From an uncultured Planctomycetia bacterium (GTDB lineage Bacteria; Omnitrophota; Gorgyraeia; 2-02-FULL-51-18): DNA of 64,000 nt. This document shows, piece by piece, positions 10,115 to 19,897 of this stretch. How positions within the stretch are numbered: the first letter of the stretch is position 1; every line of letters begins with the position of its first letter. The DNA lies in NCBI GenBank assembly GCA_964642015.1, contig CAZXLF010000007.1, positions 11,964-75,963 of the forward strand, written 5' to 3'. The notes under the pieces were generated by a model. The model saw only the letters and a program-made list of their open reading frames with translations. It ran no database searches and had not been told where the DNA came from. The position numbers and the translations under genes were made by a program.

Positions 10115-10133
10115 GATCTCGTCCGATCAAAAA

Positions 10134-10946
10134 TCATTCCTTATTGTAATAAATCTTAAGCAGATATCTATTGATCTGCTTTTTAAATTCAGGATCGTCC
10201 GAACCGATATTGAACTGCAAATCTTTATAAGTATAAATACCCATCGGCTGGTTTTGCCAATCGAAAAGTTCCATTTTCACGGGAAGATTCGTGTTTTCAT
10301 CAAAGAGGATCTGCACACGGTAAGCCAAATATCCCGAATCAGCTTTGCTGTCAACAAAAGTAACCTCAATCTGGTCACCGATCAAATCTTCGTCGGTTTT
10401 TTTCCCAAGATAATCCACCTTTAATTTATTTTCTCCGGATGCTTTGATGACTTCGGACGTAAAATCATACAAAAAACTGCCGATGCCGGCGTCTTCAATG
10501 TTGTAGGAAGCACTGCCTTCGCGTATCCACGGGCTATTCTGCTCAAGAAAAACAACCTGGGCCAGGCCAAATAAAAGCCCCGGCTTATGCACCGCCAATT
10601 TTCCCTGATTCCTGCCTCTTTCATAAACCACTTCTACGCCCTGTTTTTCTGTGTTCAGCCAACGCATATAGATCTTGAATGTTTTCTCAAATTTGATGTA
10701 AATCTGCTCAGTCGGACCTAATGTTCCCTTTGCTTTTTCAGTCTTGAAGAATTTCGTTTTGTAATCAGTCAATGATTGATAAAAACTCAGGGCTTTTTCC
10801 AAAGTGTTCGCCAGATGCAATTCATCCGGAGCTTTTATTTCAGAAAGTCCAACAGCAAGCTCATGTTCGGTCATGCCAAAACATGCCGTACTAAGGCCAA
10901 CAAACATCGTGATAAATAAAAATAATTTATGAAAATATTTTCTCAT
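10134..10946 (-). CDS. DUF1571-like (LolA-like fold) exported protein
   Basis: Signal peptide; KIYMRW, EVVYERGRNQGKL, I-x-DAGIG, LPVKMELFDW...YTYKDL pattern. Confidence 0.65.
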   Translation of the reverse strand: MRKYFHKLFLFITMFVGLSTACFGMTEHELAVGLSEIKAPDELHLANTLEKALSFYQSLTDYKTKFFKTEKAKGTLGPTEQIYIKFEKTFKIYMRWLNTEKQGVEVVYERGRNQGKLAVHKPGLLFGLAQVVFLEQNSPWIREGSASYNIEDAGIGSFLYDFTSEVIKASGENKLKVDYLGKKTDEDLIGDQIEVTFVDSKADSGYLAYRVQILFDENTNLPVKMELFDWQNQPMGIYTYKDLQFNIGSDDPEFKKQINRYLLKIYYNKE

Positions 10947-11875
10947 TTGCCAATTCCTGATAAACTCGTTACAAAATCGCTGATGCTTTTCCTGTAAATG
11001 TCGGCACCAAGCACAACGGCCTGGTTATGTTTGGCATTTGGAATGACCAAACGGCGCAAGGCATCATTTTCACCGTTCATTTTTTCCAGATATTTTTGAT
11101 GCGAGCCGGGCACATAATCGTCATTCTCGCCGTGGATCATCAAAAGCGGTTTGTGCTTCTTTTGCAAAAGCCCTTCGACCTCAACGAATTTTTTGCCTGT
11201 TTTTTTCTGGCAATACCAAAAACCTAGTTCCGTGAAAATATTCACGACCCAAGAAGGATAATTTTGGCCGAAAAGATTAGGTTTTACAAGGATCGGAGCC
11301 CATTTTCGGATATAGTCGCGAAAGATCTCCTTCATCGAAAAAAGACCGTCTGTAACGACACCAATGATGGACGCTTCTTCAAACGACGCAGCAAGCGCAA
11401 GATCGGCGCCGTTGGAAACACCAAAAAGCACGATCTGTACGTGAGCTCCAAAAGCCGTTTTGGTCCACCGTGCCGCTGTCAATAAACGCTGCACATTCTC
11501 CCAAAGCGGCCATTGGTTTAAAGCGTTGATTTCATCGCCCGTGTTTTTCCCAAAATCGATGCTTAAAACGTTGAAACCCGACTCAGGAAAAAAATAAGCG
11601 TACCTCTCCCAGGATTCTTTCGCCGCTCCGGATTCATGGCAGAAAATCACCACTTTATCCGAATTTTTGCTTTCAACCAAAAGCGCTTCTATCTCCTGAT
11701 CTGAAGAATCCAATATCGTGATCTTCTCGCCTCTTGAAGAGGGTGTGAATTCAAGCTCAGGATCATAGACCAGGCTTAAAAAAATATTGCTGATCATACG
11801 CGTATATTTGAAAGCAGAATGGACCACATAAAAAACTACCGGCGCTAAAATCAGAAATAAGAGTATCGTTAACAT
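10943..11875 (-). CDS. Membrane-anchored alpha/beta hydrolase
   Basis: N-terminal TM, GVSNG nucleophile elbow, IHGENDDYVP, AKHNQ. Confidence 0.8.
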   Translation of the reverse strand: MLTILLFLILAPVVFYVVHSAFKYTRMISNIFLSLVYDPELEFTPSSRGEKITILDSSDQEIEALLVESKNSDKVVIFCHESGAAKESWERYAYFFPESGFNVLSIDFGKNTGDEINALNQWPLWENVQRLLTAARWTKTAFGAHVQIVLFGVSNGADLALAASFEEASIIGVVTDGLFSMKEIFRDYIRKWAPILVKPNLFGQNYPSWVVNIFTELGFWYCQKKTGKKFVEVEGLLQKKHKPLLMIHGENDDYVPGSHQKYLEKMNGENDALRRLVIPNAKHNQAVVLGADIYRKSISDFVTSLSGIGK

Positions 11876-11890
11876 AAGATCATTATATCA

Positions 11891-12628
11891 TTACCGTTTT
11901 TTTCTGTCTTTGTGCCTGATTGTCTCTATGAACCATGAACCTACGATACTTAATTCAAAAAGGACCGTAAGCGGTATCGCAAGCATCAGTTGACCCGAAA
12001 TATCGGGAGTAGGCGTCAACACAGCCGCTATGATGAAAATAACCACGATGATATGCCGCTGATAACGATTGAGGGTCTTGACCTTAAGCAATCCGGCAAA
12101 AACGAACGCCATGATGAATACCGGCATATTGAAGCTGATGCCGAAAGCTAAAAGCATACCGAATAAAAAATTCATATAGCTTTCGATCGATATCATCGGC
12201 TTTAAAAAATCTGTCTGCATTCCAACCAGAAACTTGAACGTAAAAGGGATAACGATATAGAAACAGAAAAGAACTCCCAAAATAAATAAAACGGAAGTCA
12301 CTACGATCAAAGGCACGATCACTCTTTTCTCTTTTGCTCGAAGACCTGGTGAAACAAAGAACCAAAGCTGGCTGATAATGATCGGAGAAGCTAGCAAGAA
12401 ACCGGCGATGAGCGCGACTTTAAATTTGATCAAAAACGCCACGGCCGGTGAGAAAAAATAGAACTCATGTATTTCCGAAGTCACCGGCTCAAGCAGTATT
12501 CGAAGCAAAGGATCCGAAAAAAAACATCCGATTATCGTTCCAACAAGCAATGCGATCAAAGAGATTACAATCCTTTTTCTTAGTTCATCCAAATGTTCAA
12601 AAAATGTAAGGTAAGCCGGATTTTTCAT
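11891..12628 (-). CDS. tatC: Twin-arginine translocase subunit TatC
   Basis: EHLDELRKR, QLWFFVSPGL, AAVLTPTPD; six TM helices. Confidence 0.95.
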   Translation of the reverse strand: MKNPAYLTFFEHLDELRKRIVISLIALLVGTIIGCFFSDPLLRILLEPVTSEIHEFYFFSPAVAFLIKFKVALIAGFLLASPIIISQLWFFVSPGLRAKEKRVIVPLIVVTSVLFILGVLFCFYIVIPFTFKFLVGMQTDFLKPMISIESYMNFLFGMLLAFGISFNMPVFIMAFVFAGLLKVKTLNRYQRHIIVVIFIIAAVLTPTPDISGQLMLAIPLTVLFELSIVGSWFIETIRHKDRKKR

Positions 12629-12670
12629 GAGAATACGAGGATTTATTTTGTTAGAAGCTGAAAAAATAGT

Positions 12671-12886
12671 TCATTTTTTTAATAGATAAAAAATCAAGGT
12701 TAAAACCACGCTGACTAAAATACAAGTTGTAACAGGAAAATAAAATGAAAAATTATCTTTCTTAATGTAAATATCTCCAGGCAATTTTCCAAACCAGGGT
12801 ATCTGAATGTTGGAACTCAAGATAACACCTACAATAACGAGAAAAAAGCCGATTATAATAAGAAACTTTCCGTAACTCGGTACCAT
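12671..12886 (-). CDS. DUF2905 family small membrane protein
   Basis: GKLPGDI...FYFPVTTCILVS signature; start at ATG 12886. Confidence 0.85.
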   Translation of the reverse strand: MVPSYGKFLIIIGFFLVIVGVILSSNIQIPWFGKLPGDIYIKKDNFSFYFPVTTCILVSVVLTLIFYLLKK

Positions 12887-12944
12887 ATTGAGAAGAATAT
12901 CAAAACCTATGCTAAAACACAAAGAATAAGGTAGATACACTTCG

Positions 12945-12973
12945 TTGACTTATTTTAGTGGTTCTGCTAGCAT
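12945..12973 (+). promoter_or_regulatory. Putative sigma70 promoter
   Basis: TTGACT-17 nt-TAGCAT with extended TG, 8 nt before ATG 12982. Confidence 0.55.
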
Positions 12974-12981
12974 TAATTTCA

Positions 12982-14082
12982 ATGCCGCGTATCAAATTCC
13001 TAACATTCGACTTTGGCTCAGCCAAAAGAACTGATCCTATTCTCCCTGAGGATAGGAATAGCCAAATCATTCAGAATATCAAGCAAAAATACAGACGGGA
13101 GATCCCGAACAGGGACCGTGTTGTAATCGTTCCGGTCGTTCTGCTCTTAGCCGCAGGTATTGCGGCATTTTCATTGATCCGATACGGGATACTCCAAAAA
13201 GAAAATTTTTCACTGAACGATGAAGTCAGAAAGCTTAACGTATCGATCGAAGCGCTTGAAGCCGAAAATAAAGATCTCGCTTCCAGAACAGCCAGAGCCG
13301 AAAAAGAAAGACAAAATCTCAAAGACGCCATCGATGGATACAAAAAAGAGAACGAGTCGATCAAATTCGAATCTAAAAAGAATGAGGACAAAATCAATTC
13401 CCTCACAGAGGAAAAATCTTATCTTGAGGAAATACTCATCAATAAGACCAAAGAAATTGAAAGGTTAAGTGCGGGAGGAGCTGTGTCATCTTCAGTAGCG
13501 GCTACTCCTATTTCCTCCGTTACGACCGGATCTGAAGATCTGGTGCAGCGTTTAAACCAAAAAGAAGAAGAGATCCGAAAACTTAACGAACAGAATAGAC
13601 TTTTGAATGAAAAGCTTCAGAAACTCTACCAAACCGCTGACAGCAAGATGAAAGAGATCAATATCGCAAAGATCGCCTTGGAAGATACGATCTCCGACGC
13701 CAAGAAAGTGATCGATAATGAATACGGTTCCGTGAATCTGGGATCGATCGCGGTTACTTCGCAAGCGGCTCAAAGTTCTCAAAACGCAGCGGTGCCGGCA
13801 GTTTCCCCAACTGAACAGAGGTCCGCTACGGAAACTCGCACCGCACCCAAAAAACAAGGCCGCGTTCTTGCCATCAATGAAGAACATGGATTTGTCGTCA
13901 TCGATATGGGAAAAGTGGACGGCATTAAGACCGGAATGAATCTCTATCTCAAAAAAGATGGCGAAACTGTCGCGACTCTTTCAGTGCTGGAAGTGCGTGA
14001 CGTGATGACCGCCTGTAATATCAGGAACCTCACCGGCGGTCAAAAGATCCAGATCAATGATCTGGTTTCAGTACAGAACTAA
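12982..14082 (+). CDS. Membrane-anchored coiled-coil protein with C-terminal FlgT-C-like beta domain
   Basis: One TM helix, long heptad coiled coil, GRVLAIN..GFVVIDMG..DGIK.G motif. Confidence 0.65.
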   Translation: MPRIKFLTFDFGSAKRTDPILPEDRNSQIIQNIKQKYRREIPNRDRVVIVPVVLLLAAGIAAFSLIRYGILQKENFSLNDEVRKLNVSIEALEAENKDLASRTARAEKERQNLKDAIDGYKKENESIKFESKKNEDKINSLTEEKSYLEEILINKTKEIERLSAGGAVSSSVAATPISSVTTGSEDLVQRLNQKEEEIRKLNEQNRLLNEKLQKLYQTADSKMKEINIAKIALEDTISDAKKVIDNEYGSVNLGSIAVTSQAAQSSQNAAVPAVSPTEQRSATETRTAPKKQGRVLAINEEHGFVVIDMGKVDGIKTGMNLYLKKDGETVATLSVLEVRDVMTACNIRNLTGGQKIQINDLVSVQN

Positions 14083-16789
14083 GGTGATTTTTTCCTAACC
14101 GATAGGCTTGAATATTTATTTCAGCTGCTTTTGGTATGTTTTTGCGAATTACACTCTCTAGTGTTTCGTCCTTGAAAATCTCAAGCGCCTGATTCAATAC
14201 CCCTAAAAAGATCATATTCGCGCTGCGTTTTTCTTTTAATTGCGTCGTCGCCATGCTCATTGCCGGAATATTGATCAGTGCGTAATCAAATCCCTCATTC
14301 TTAATATCAATACCCTGGCTATCAACAATAACAAGGCCTCCTTTTTTAACAAAGTGTTTGCGCTCGAAATACATCTGAGGCGTCATGCAAACAAGCACAT
14401 CCACTTCACCTGCTTGAGGATTTGGATCCGCATAGGGACTATTTGATAAAGTCACAGCCGCGACAGTCCGGGCTTTTGTTACCTCCGGTTCATACCAGGG
14501 GGAGTTGAAAGCGTATTGCGTAACACCTGTCTTCATCAAAACATCCGCTAAGGATTGAACGCCCTGACCTCCTTCACCGCAAAGATAAAAACGGATATCC
14601 TTCACTTTTTTAGGTGTTTGATCGCTAGATCTCCTGAGAATTCCTATATCCTCTAAAGATCTAAAGAAAGATGTTAATCTTTTTTCCGCGCTTATTGAGG
14701 CCTCGAATCCATTCTGGCCGGTTCCATTATGGTGAAACATCGATTCAATATTTTCGATATCCTCTCCCCAACCCACCGCTGTAGGAAAGGCTTTTGTCAT
14801 GATCTTCGACGTATATTCTTTCGAAAGTGCTATCTGATGAAGTTTTTTGCCTTCGGTCTGGAAAGCGTCAATAATCTCTTTAGGCGCGCGCTGATGTTCT
14901 GTGCACGTCGCCACCACTTCGATCACGCTCATGCCATCACCCTTGATCTGGTGAAGAAGCGCCTGCATTAAAAAATGCGAAAACTGCTGGTTGAGCTCCG
15001 GGGTTCCCACAAGCGTGCGCCGATAATAACTCACTCCCTGGCGATGCAATAATTGTGAAATATCGATCGGAAAACCGTTCGAATTCGCGTCGCGGCCTTT
15101 CGGGGTCGTTTTTGAAAATTGGTTGACCGGTGTCGTGGCCGATAATTGACCGCCTGTCATTCCGTAGGTGCCGTTATTGATGAGGATCACAGTTATTTTC
15201 TCGCCTCGCGCGGACGCATGTAAAAGCTCACCCAATCCGATATCAAGCGCGTCACCATCGCCTTGATAGCAAATGACCAGAGATTCGGGCTTCGATCTTT
15301 TAGATGCCGATGCAGCCGCGGGACCGCGACCGTGAGGCACTTGAATATTATGGATACGGTCTTTCCTGAAGAAATCATAAAGGAATATCGAGCAGCCTAC
15401 CGGCGAATAAAGGGTGATTTCACGGTCTTTAAGCGTATCAAAAATCGCGCCTAATGCTTCCGTGGTGTGTTTATGATCACAGCCGGCGCAATAATAAACA
15501 TTTTTATCTGTCATGGATTCGATCTTACGGGGTTCAGGGCGCTTCCCCTCCATACCTGCTTGATATTCCGCATCATGCGTCGAGGCATTCAAAGCTATCC
15601 GGTTAAAATTTTGTCCCCGGTTCACGCGGAATGGATGAGACCGTGAAAGGAATTTTTTATATTCAGAAAATTTCTGTTGATATTCAGTGTCGCGAATCTC
15701 TTTGATCAACAATTCAAGCTCTGATACGACTTCTTTTTCTTCAGCAAGTGTGCCGCCCGGTCTTTGACACGTGCCTACGATCGCAAAATCACCGACTACC
15801 GTGCGCACTTTCTCACAAAGCTGGTCGATAGCACCTTCCATCGGATACAGAGGCCCGAATCTTTTTACGATCTCACGGAGCCTTTCTTCGGGAAAAGGAT
15901 TGAGCGACTTTAAACTTACCTGGCCTATCGGAATGCCTTTTTCGCGCGCTCGATCAACGATCCCGTAACCAATTCTCGAAAAAATACCATAATTCACGAG
16001 CACTATTTCCGCATCCCCGTCGGGATCTTCTAAACGGTAAGAAGAAACTTCCATATTTTTTAAAGCAGGGTCTTTCTTGAGTTCTTCGAATCTTCTAAAA
16101 AGTTTCCAGTTATGTTCTTCCAAAACACCTTCACGCACGTAGATAGAAGTCCTGACATCCTGAGAAATCGCCGTTTGAAATGGTTTGACGGTATCAGGGA
16201 TCTCGTACTCTTCCTTCAATTGGCCCACATAGCCATCGCTCAGGATAAACCCAGGGATCTTGTACTGGTAAGAAAGTCTGAACGCAAGTCTTACGAAATC
16301 GAACATTTCTTGAGCAGAAGCCGGCGCTAAAACGATGTTTTGATAATCTCCGTGTCCACCACCGAGAACGGCTTGATTAAAATCCGATTGAGCGCCCTGT
16401 ATATTTCCAAGACCAGGACCGCCTCTGACAACATCTACGTAAACCAGGCCGCGGCCTCCGAGCTCCATTCCAGCCGCATAAGAAATCGCTTCCTGCATCA
16501 AACTCATGCCGGGACTCGATGTCACTGTGAAAGCCGGCGTGCCGACGCTCGCCGCACCGAGAACCATGTTTCCGGCGGCTATCTCGCTTTCAGCTTGAAT
16601 AAACGTCGCATTAACTTCTTGAGCAATACGGCTTAAGTACTCGGTAACTTCATTCACAGGAGTGATCGGATAACCTGCCGCGAATAAAAGCTTCTGATTT
16701 TCTTTAGAAACAGGCCCTGCGGATTCAATGGCCCAAAAAATCGCTCCATTGACGAGAGCGAGGTTTCCGTTACTTAATGCTTTAGGCAT
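14054..16789 (-). CDS. Fused alpha-beta-gamma 2-oxoacid:ferredoxin oxidoreductase (Vor/Kor-like)
   Basis: alpha: GYPITP, QAESEIAA, RGGPGLG; beta: CAGC, HGR, GDGD, NNGTYGMTGGQ; gamma: GEGGQG. Confidence 0.85.
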   Translation of the reverse strand: MPKALSNGNLALVNGAIFWAIESAGPVSKENQKLLFAAGYPITPVNEVTEYLSRIAQEVNATFIQAESEIAAGNMVLGAASVGTPAFTVTSSPGMSLMQEAISYAAGMELGGRGLVYVDVVRGGPGLGNIQGAQSDFNQAVLGGGHGDYQNIVLAPASAQEMFDFVRLAFRLSYQYKIPGFILSDGYVGQLKEEYEIPDTVKPFQTAISQDVRTSIYVREGVLEEHNWKLFRRFEELKKDPALKNMEVSSYRLEDPDGDAEIVLVNYGIFSRIGYGIVDRAREKGIPIGQVSLKSLNPFPEERLREIVKRFGPLYPMEGAIDQLCEKVRTVVGDFAIVGTCQRPGGTLAEEKEVVSELELLIKEIRDTEYQQKFSEYKKFLSRSHPFRVNRGQNFNRIALNASTHDAEYQAGMEGKRPEPRKIESMTDKNVYYCAGCDHKHTTEALGAIFDTLKDREITLYSPVGCSIFLYDFFRKDRIHNIQVPHGRGPAAASASKRSKPESLVICYQGDGDALDIGLGELLHASARGEKITVILINNGTYGMTGGQLSATTPVNQFSKTTPKGRDANSNGFPIDISQLLHRQGVSYYRRTLVGTPELNQQFSHFLMQALLHQIKGDGMSVIEVVATCTEHQRAPKEIIDAFQTEGKKLHQIALSKEYTSKIMTKAFPTAVGWGEDIENIESMFHHNGTGQNGFEASISAEKRLTSFFRSLEDIGILRRSSDQTPKKVKDIRFYLCGEGGQGVQSLADVLMKTGVTQYAFNSPWYEPEVTKARTVAAVTLSNSPYADPNPQAGEVDVLVCMTPQMYFERKHFVKKGGLVIVDSQGIDIKNEGFDYALINIPAMSMATTQLKEKRSANMIFLGVLNQALEIFKDETLESVIRKNIPKAAEINIQAYRLGKNHLSSVLKPDH

Positions 16790-18767
16790 ATTTTTCTACA
16801 GAATCTTTCGGTTTTTCTTTTTCAACTTGAATGCTGTGATTTCCGTTGCCATTTACAGAATACCCATTATTCTTTGAATCCAGACAATGATTGATCTCTT
16901 CTTTGATCTTTTCAGCGGAAAGTCCCAAAGAATCAAGCAATAGATCCCTTCTGCCATGTTCTATGAAGCGGTCCGGGATCCCTAAAGGTCTTATTTTCGG
17001 AAGCGAAATATCTTTGTGTTTCGAGAATAACTCAAAAACTGCACTACCGAAACCTCCTGACAACGCTCCTTCCTCGAGAGTGACAACAAGACGGGTCTTT
17101 TGAGCAAGCTTTAGAATAAGCTTTTCATCCAAGGGCTTCACAAAACGTGCATTGACGACTGTAGCTTCAATATTTTCCTTTTGAAGAAGTTCAGCCGCTT
17201 CATAAGCGGAATAAACCATGCTTCCCAATGCCAATATCAAAACATCTTTTCCTTCGCGCAACACTTCGGCTTTACCCTGTTCGATAGAAGAAGGGGCCAC
17301 TGAAACAAGCGGAGATGCTGTCTCCTCTGATACCGCACCTCTAGGATAACGCACGGCAATCGGCCCCAATGTGTAACGAACCGCATAATCTAACATCAGC
17401 TTAAGCTCACGCCCGTCCCGCGGCGCCATGACCGTAAATTCAGGCACTTTTCTCAAGTAAGCAATATCGAACACCCCATGATGGGTCGGCCCGTCTTCAC
17501 CCACGAGCCCTGCGCGATCCAAACAAAAAATGACCGGCAAATTCTGAAGAGCCACGTCATGAATGATCTGGTCGTGCGCTCTCTGCAAGAAAGTTGAATA
17601 GATCGCAACAAGCGGCCGGATACCTGCTTCGGCAAGCCCTGCCGCGAAAGATACACCGTGTTCTTCAGCGATCCCCACATCAAAAAAACGCGACGGGAAT
17701 TTTTTAGAAAATTCCACCAAGCCTGTTCCATCACACATTGCGGCGGTAATCGCGATAACTTTTTTATTTTTTTCGGCTAGCTCGATAGCAGTTTGACCGA
17801 AAACTTGAGTATACGTTTTCTGTTTGGAAACTTTTTTCGCCTCTCCCGTCTCGATATGGAATGGCGTGGAAGCGTGCCATTTCGCAGGATCCGCTTCCGC
17901 GATCTTGTAACCCTTGCCCTTCTTCGTGACCACATGAAGTAAAATCGGCCCTTTGATCTTCTGTATATTATGAAGAATCTGTACAAGCCCTTCGATATTA
18001 TGGCCGTCAAGAGGTCCGAAATAACGGAATCCCAGTTCTTCGAATAAAAGTCCGGGAACAAGAAGATTTTTCAAGCCTTCATCCACACGTTTAGCATAGG
18101 CGACCATGCGATCGCCGACTTTCGGCATTTTTCTTAAAAGCCCTTCGATATCTTTGCGGACGTGGTTATAAAACGGATTTGAAATGATCCTATTCAAATG
18201 TCTGGATAACGCCCCAACGGTGGGAGAAATACTCATTTCATTGTCGTTCAATATCACCACGAGATCATCTTTCAGATGTCCTGCGTGATTCAGCGCTTCA
18301 AAAGCCATTCCACTGACCAATGACGCGTCGCCGATCACTGCCACTACTTTGTGACCCTCATCGGAAAGAATGCGATGACCTACGGCAATGCCCAACGATG
18401 TGGAAATCGATGCGCCGCCATGACCGGTAGTGAAAACATCGTGTTCGCTCTCATCCTTATTTGAAAATCCGCTCAAACCACCATGAAGCCTGAAAGTTTT
18501 GAATGCCTCTTTTCGGCCGGTAATGATCTTATGCGCATGGGCCTGGTGTCCGACATCCCAAACAATAGCGTCTTTAGGCGTGGTAAAGCAATAATGCAGC
18601 GCCAAAGTCAGATCGACCGAACCAAGCGCGGCTCCTAAATGGCCTCCGTTATTAGAAACAACTTCGATAATGTAAGAGCGCAGTTCTTCGGCTAATTGGT
18701 TTAGTTCCGCCAAAGAAAGCTTTTTGACATCGGCAGGGCTATTTATTTTTTGAAGCAGTGGTCTCAT
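16782..18767 (-). CDS. dxs: 1-deoxy-D-xylulose-5-phosphate synthase
   Basis: GGHLG, WDVGHQ, NDNEMSI, GIAEEH, DRAGLVGEDGPTH. Confidence 0.97.
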   Translation of the reverse strand: MRPLLQKINSPADVKKLSLAELNQLAEELRSYIIEVVSNNGGHLGAALGSVDLTLALHYCFTTPKDAIVWDVGHQAHAHKIITGRKEAFKTFRLHGGLSGFSNKDESEHDVFTTGHGGASISTSLGIAVGHRILSDEGHKVVAVIGDASLVSGMAFEALNHAGHLKDDLVVILNDNEMSISPTVGALSRHLNRIISNPFYNHVRKDIEGLLRKMPKVGDRMVAYAKRVDEGLKNLLVPGLLFEELGFRYFGPLDGHNIEGLVQILHNIQKIKGPILLHVVTKKGKGYKIAEADPAKWHASTPFHIETGEAKKVSKQKTYTQVFGQTAIELAEKNKKVIAITAAMCDGTGLVEFSKKFPSRFFDVGIAEEHGVSFAAGLAEAGIRPLVAIYSTFLQRAHDQIIHDVALQNLPVIFCLDRAGLVGEDGPTHHGVFDIAYLRKVPEFTVMAPRDGRELKLMLDYAVRYTLGPIAVRYPRGAVSEETASPLVSVAPSSIEQGKAEVLREGKDVLILALGSMVYSAYEAAELLQKENIEATVVNARFVKPLDEKLILKLAQKTRLVVTLEEGALSGGFGSAVFELFSKHKDISLPKIRPLGIPDRFIEHGRRDLLLDSLGLSAEKIKEEINHCLDSKNNGYSVNGNGNHSIQVEKEKPKDSVEKYA

Positions 18768-18770
18768 GAA

Positions 18771-19607
18771 TCAATGTTTCCTGGTCAGGACAAATTCCGC
18801 AATTTGGTCTAAAACATGTGCCTTTTTACCAAAGCGCTTCAATTCTTTTTTAGCTTTAAACAGCGTATTTTCAGCCTGTTTTTGTGCCGCGGACACGCCA
18901 ATTGTCTTAGCATACCCCTCTCTATCCATAATGTCATCCACAATTTGAAACAAAAGCCCCACATACTTTCCATATCGGTAAAGCGCTTCCACTTCAGACT
19001 GGGTACCTCCGCCCAAATAGGCGCCCACTCTTAGGCAAACAGCGATCAAAGCTCCGGTCTTATGAGTATTAATGTATTCTATGGTCGGCAGGTCCATTTC
19101 TTTTTTTTGGTATTCGAGGTCGACCATCTGTCCGCCGACCATCCCGCGGCTTCCGGCAGCCTCAGCGATCCATGACGCCGAGACGAATTGACGCTCCAAG
19201 TCTTTGGAATTCTTAAAATGACCATTGGTGTTCAGGATCTGAAATGCCATCGTTAAAAGCGCGTCTCCTGCCAATAACGCAGTGTGTTCGTCGTATTTTT
19301 TGTGGCAAGTCTTTTGGCCCCGGCGAAGATCATCATTATCCATGCAAGGCAGATCATCATGGATCAATGAGTAATTATGTATCAGTTCTATCGCACACGC
19401 AGCCGGCATGGCTTTTGCCTCATCTCCGCCGACAGCTTCGCAAGCCGCCAATACAAGCACAGGCCGTATCCTTTTCCCGCCTGAAAACACGGAATAACGG
19501 ATCGCTTCATGCAAAACAGAAGGCCGCTGGTTTTCTTGAGGCAAAAAACCTTCGAGCGCTTTTTCTATTTTTTTAGCTTGGCTGTCTAAATAATCTTGGA
19601 TCTTCAT
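18771..19607 (-). CDS. ispA: Farnesyl/geranyl diphosphate synthase
   Basis: GGKRIRP, HDDLPCMDNDDLRRG, FQIVDD. Confidence 0.93.
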   Translation of the reverse strand: MKIQDYLDSQAKKIEKALEGFLPQENQRPSVLHEAIRYSVFSGGKRIRPVLVLAACEAVGGDEAKAMPAACAIELIHNYSLIHDDLPCMDNDDLRRGQKTCHKKYDEHTALLAGDALLTMAFQILNTNGHFKNSKDLERQFVSASWIAEAAGSRGMVGGQMVDLEYQKKEMDLPTIEYINTHKTGALIAVCLRVGAYLGGGTQSEVEALYRYGKYVGLLFQIVDDIMDREGYAKTIGVSAAQKQAENTLFKAKKELKRFGKKAHVLDQIAEFVLTRKH

Positions 19608-19621
19608 AAGATAAAATGTGA

Positions 19622-19888
19622 TTATTTCTTCTTTTTATTCTTTGTATCCGTCGATTTGTCATCAAAAGGAACTGTTTTAAATTTTGCCGGATTGGTTTTC
19701 ATGAGCACTTCCACTTTTTTCTCGGCTTCCGTCAATCTTTTCGTGCAAAGATCCGCCATGCGTACACCTTCTTCATACTGCTTCAAGGCATCTTCAAGAG
19801 ACAGATCTCCGTTTTCAAGATTTTCAACGATGTTTTCCAATTTTTTTAACGCTGATTCAAACGAAATCTCTTTGGTTTCCTGTGCCAT
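19622..19888 (-). CDS. xseB: Exodeoxyribonuclease VII small subunit
   Basis: SFESALKKLENIVENLENGDLSLEDAL. Confidence 0.95.
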   Translation of the reverse strand: MAQETKEISFESALKKLENIVENLENGDLSLEDALKQYEEGVRMADLCTKRLTEAEKKVEVLMKTNPAKFKTVPFDDKSTDTKNKKKK

Positions 19889-19897
19889 AGCTCCTCC

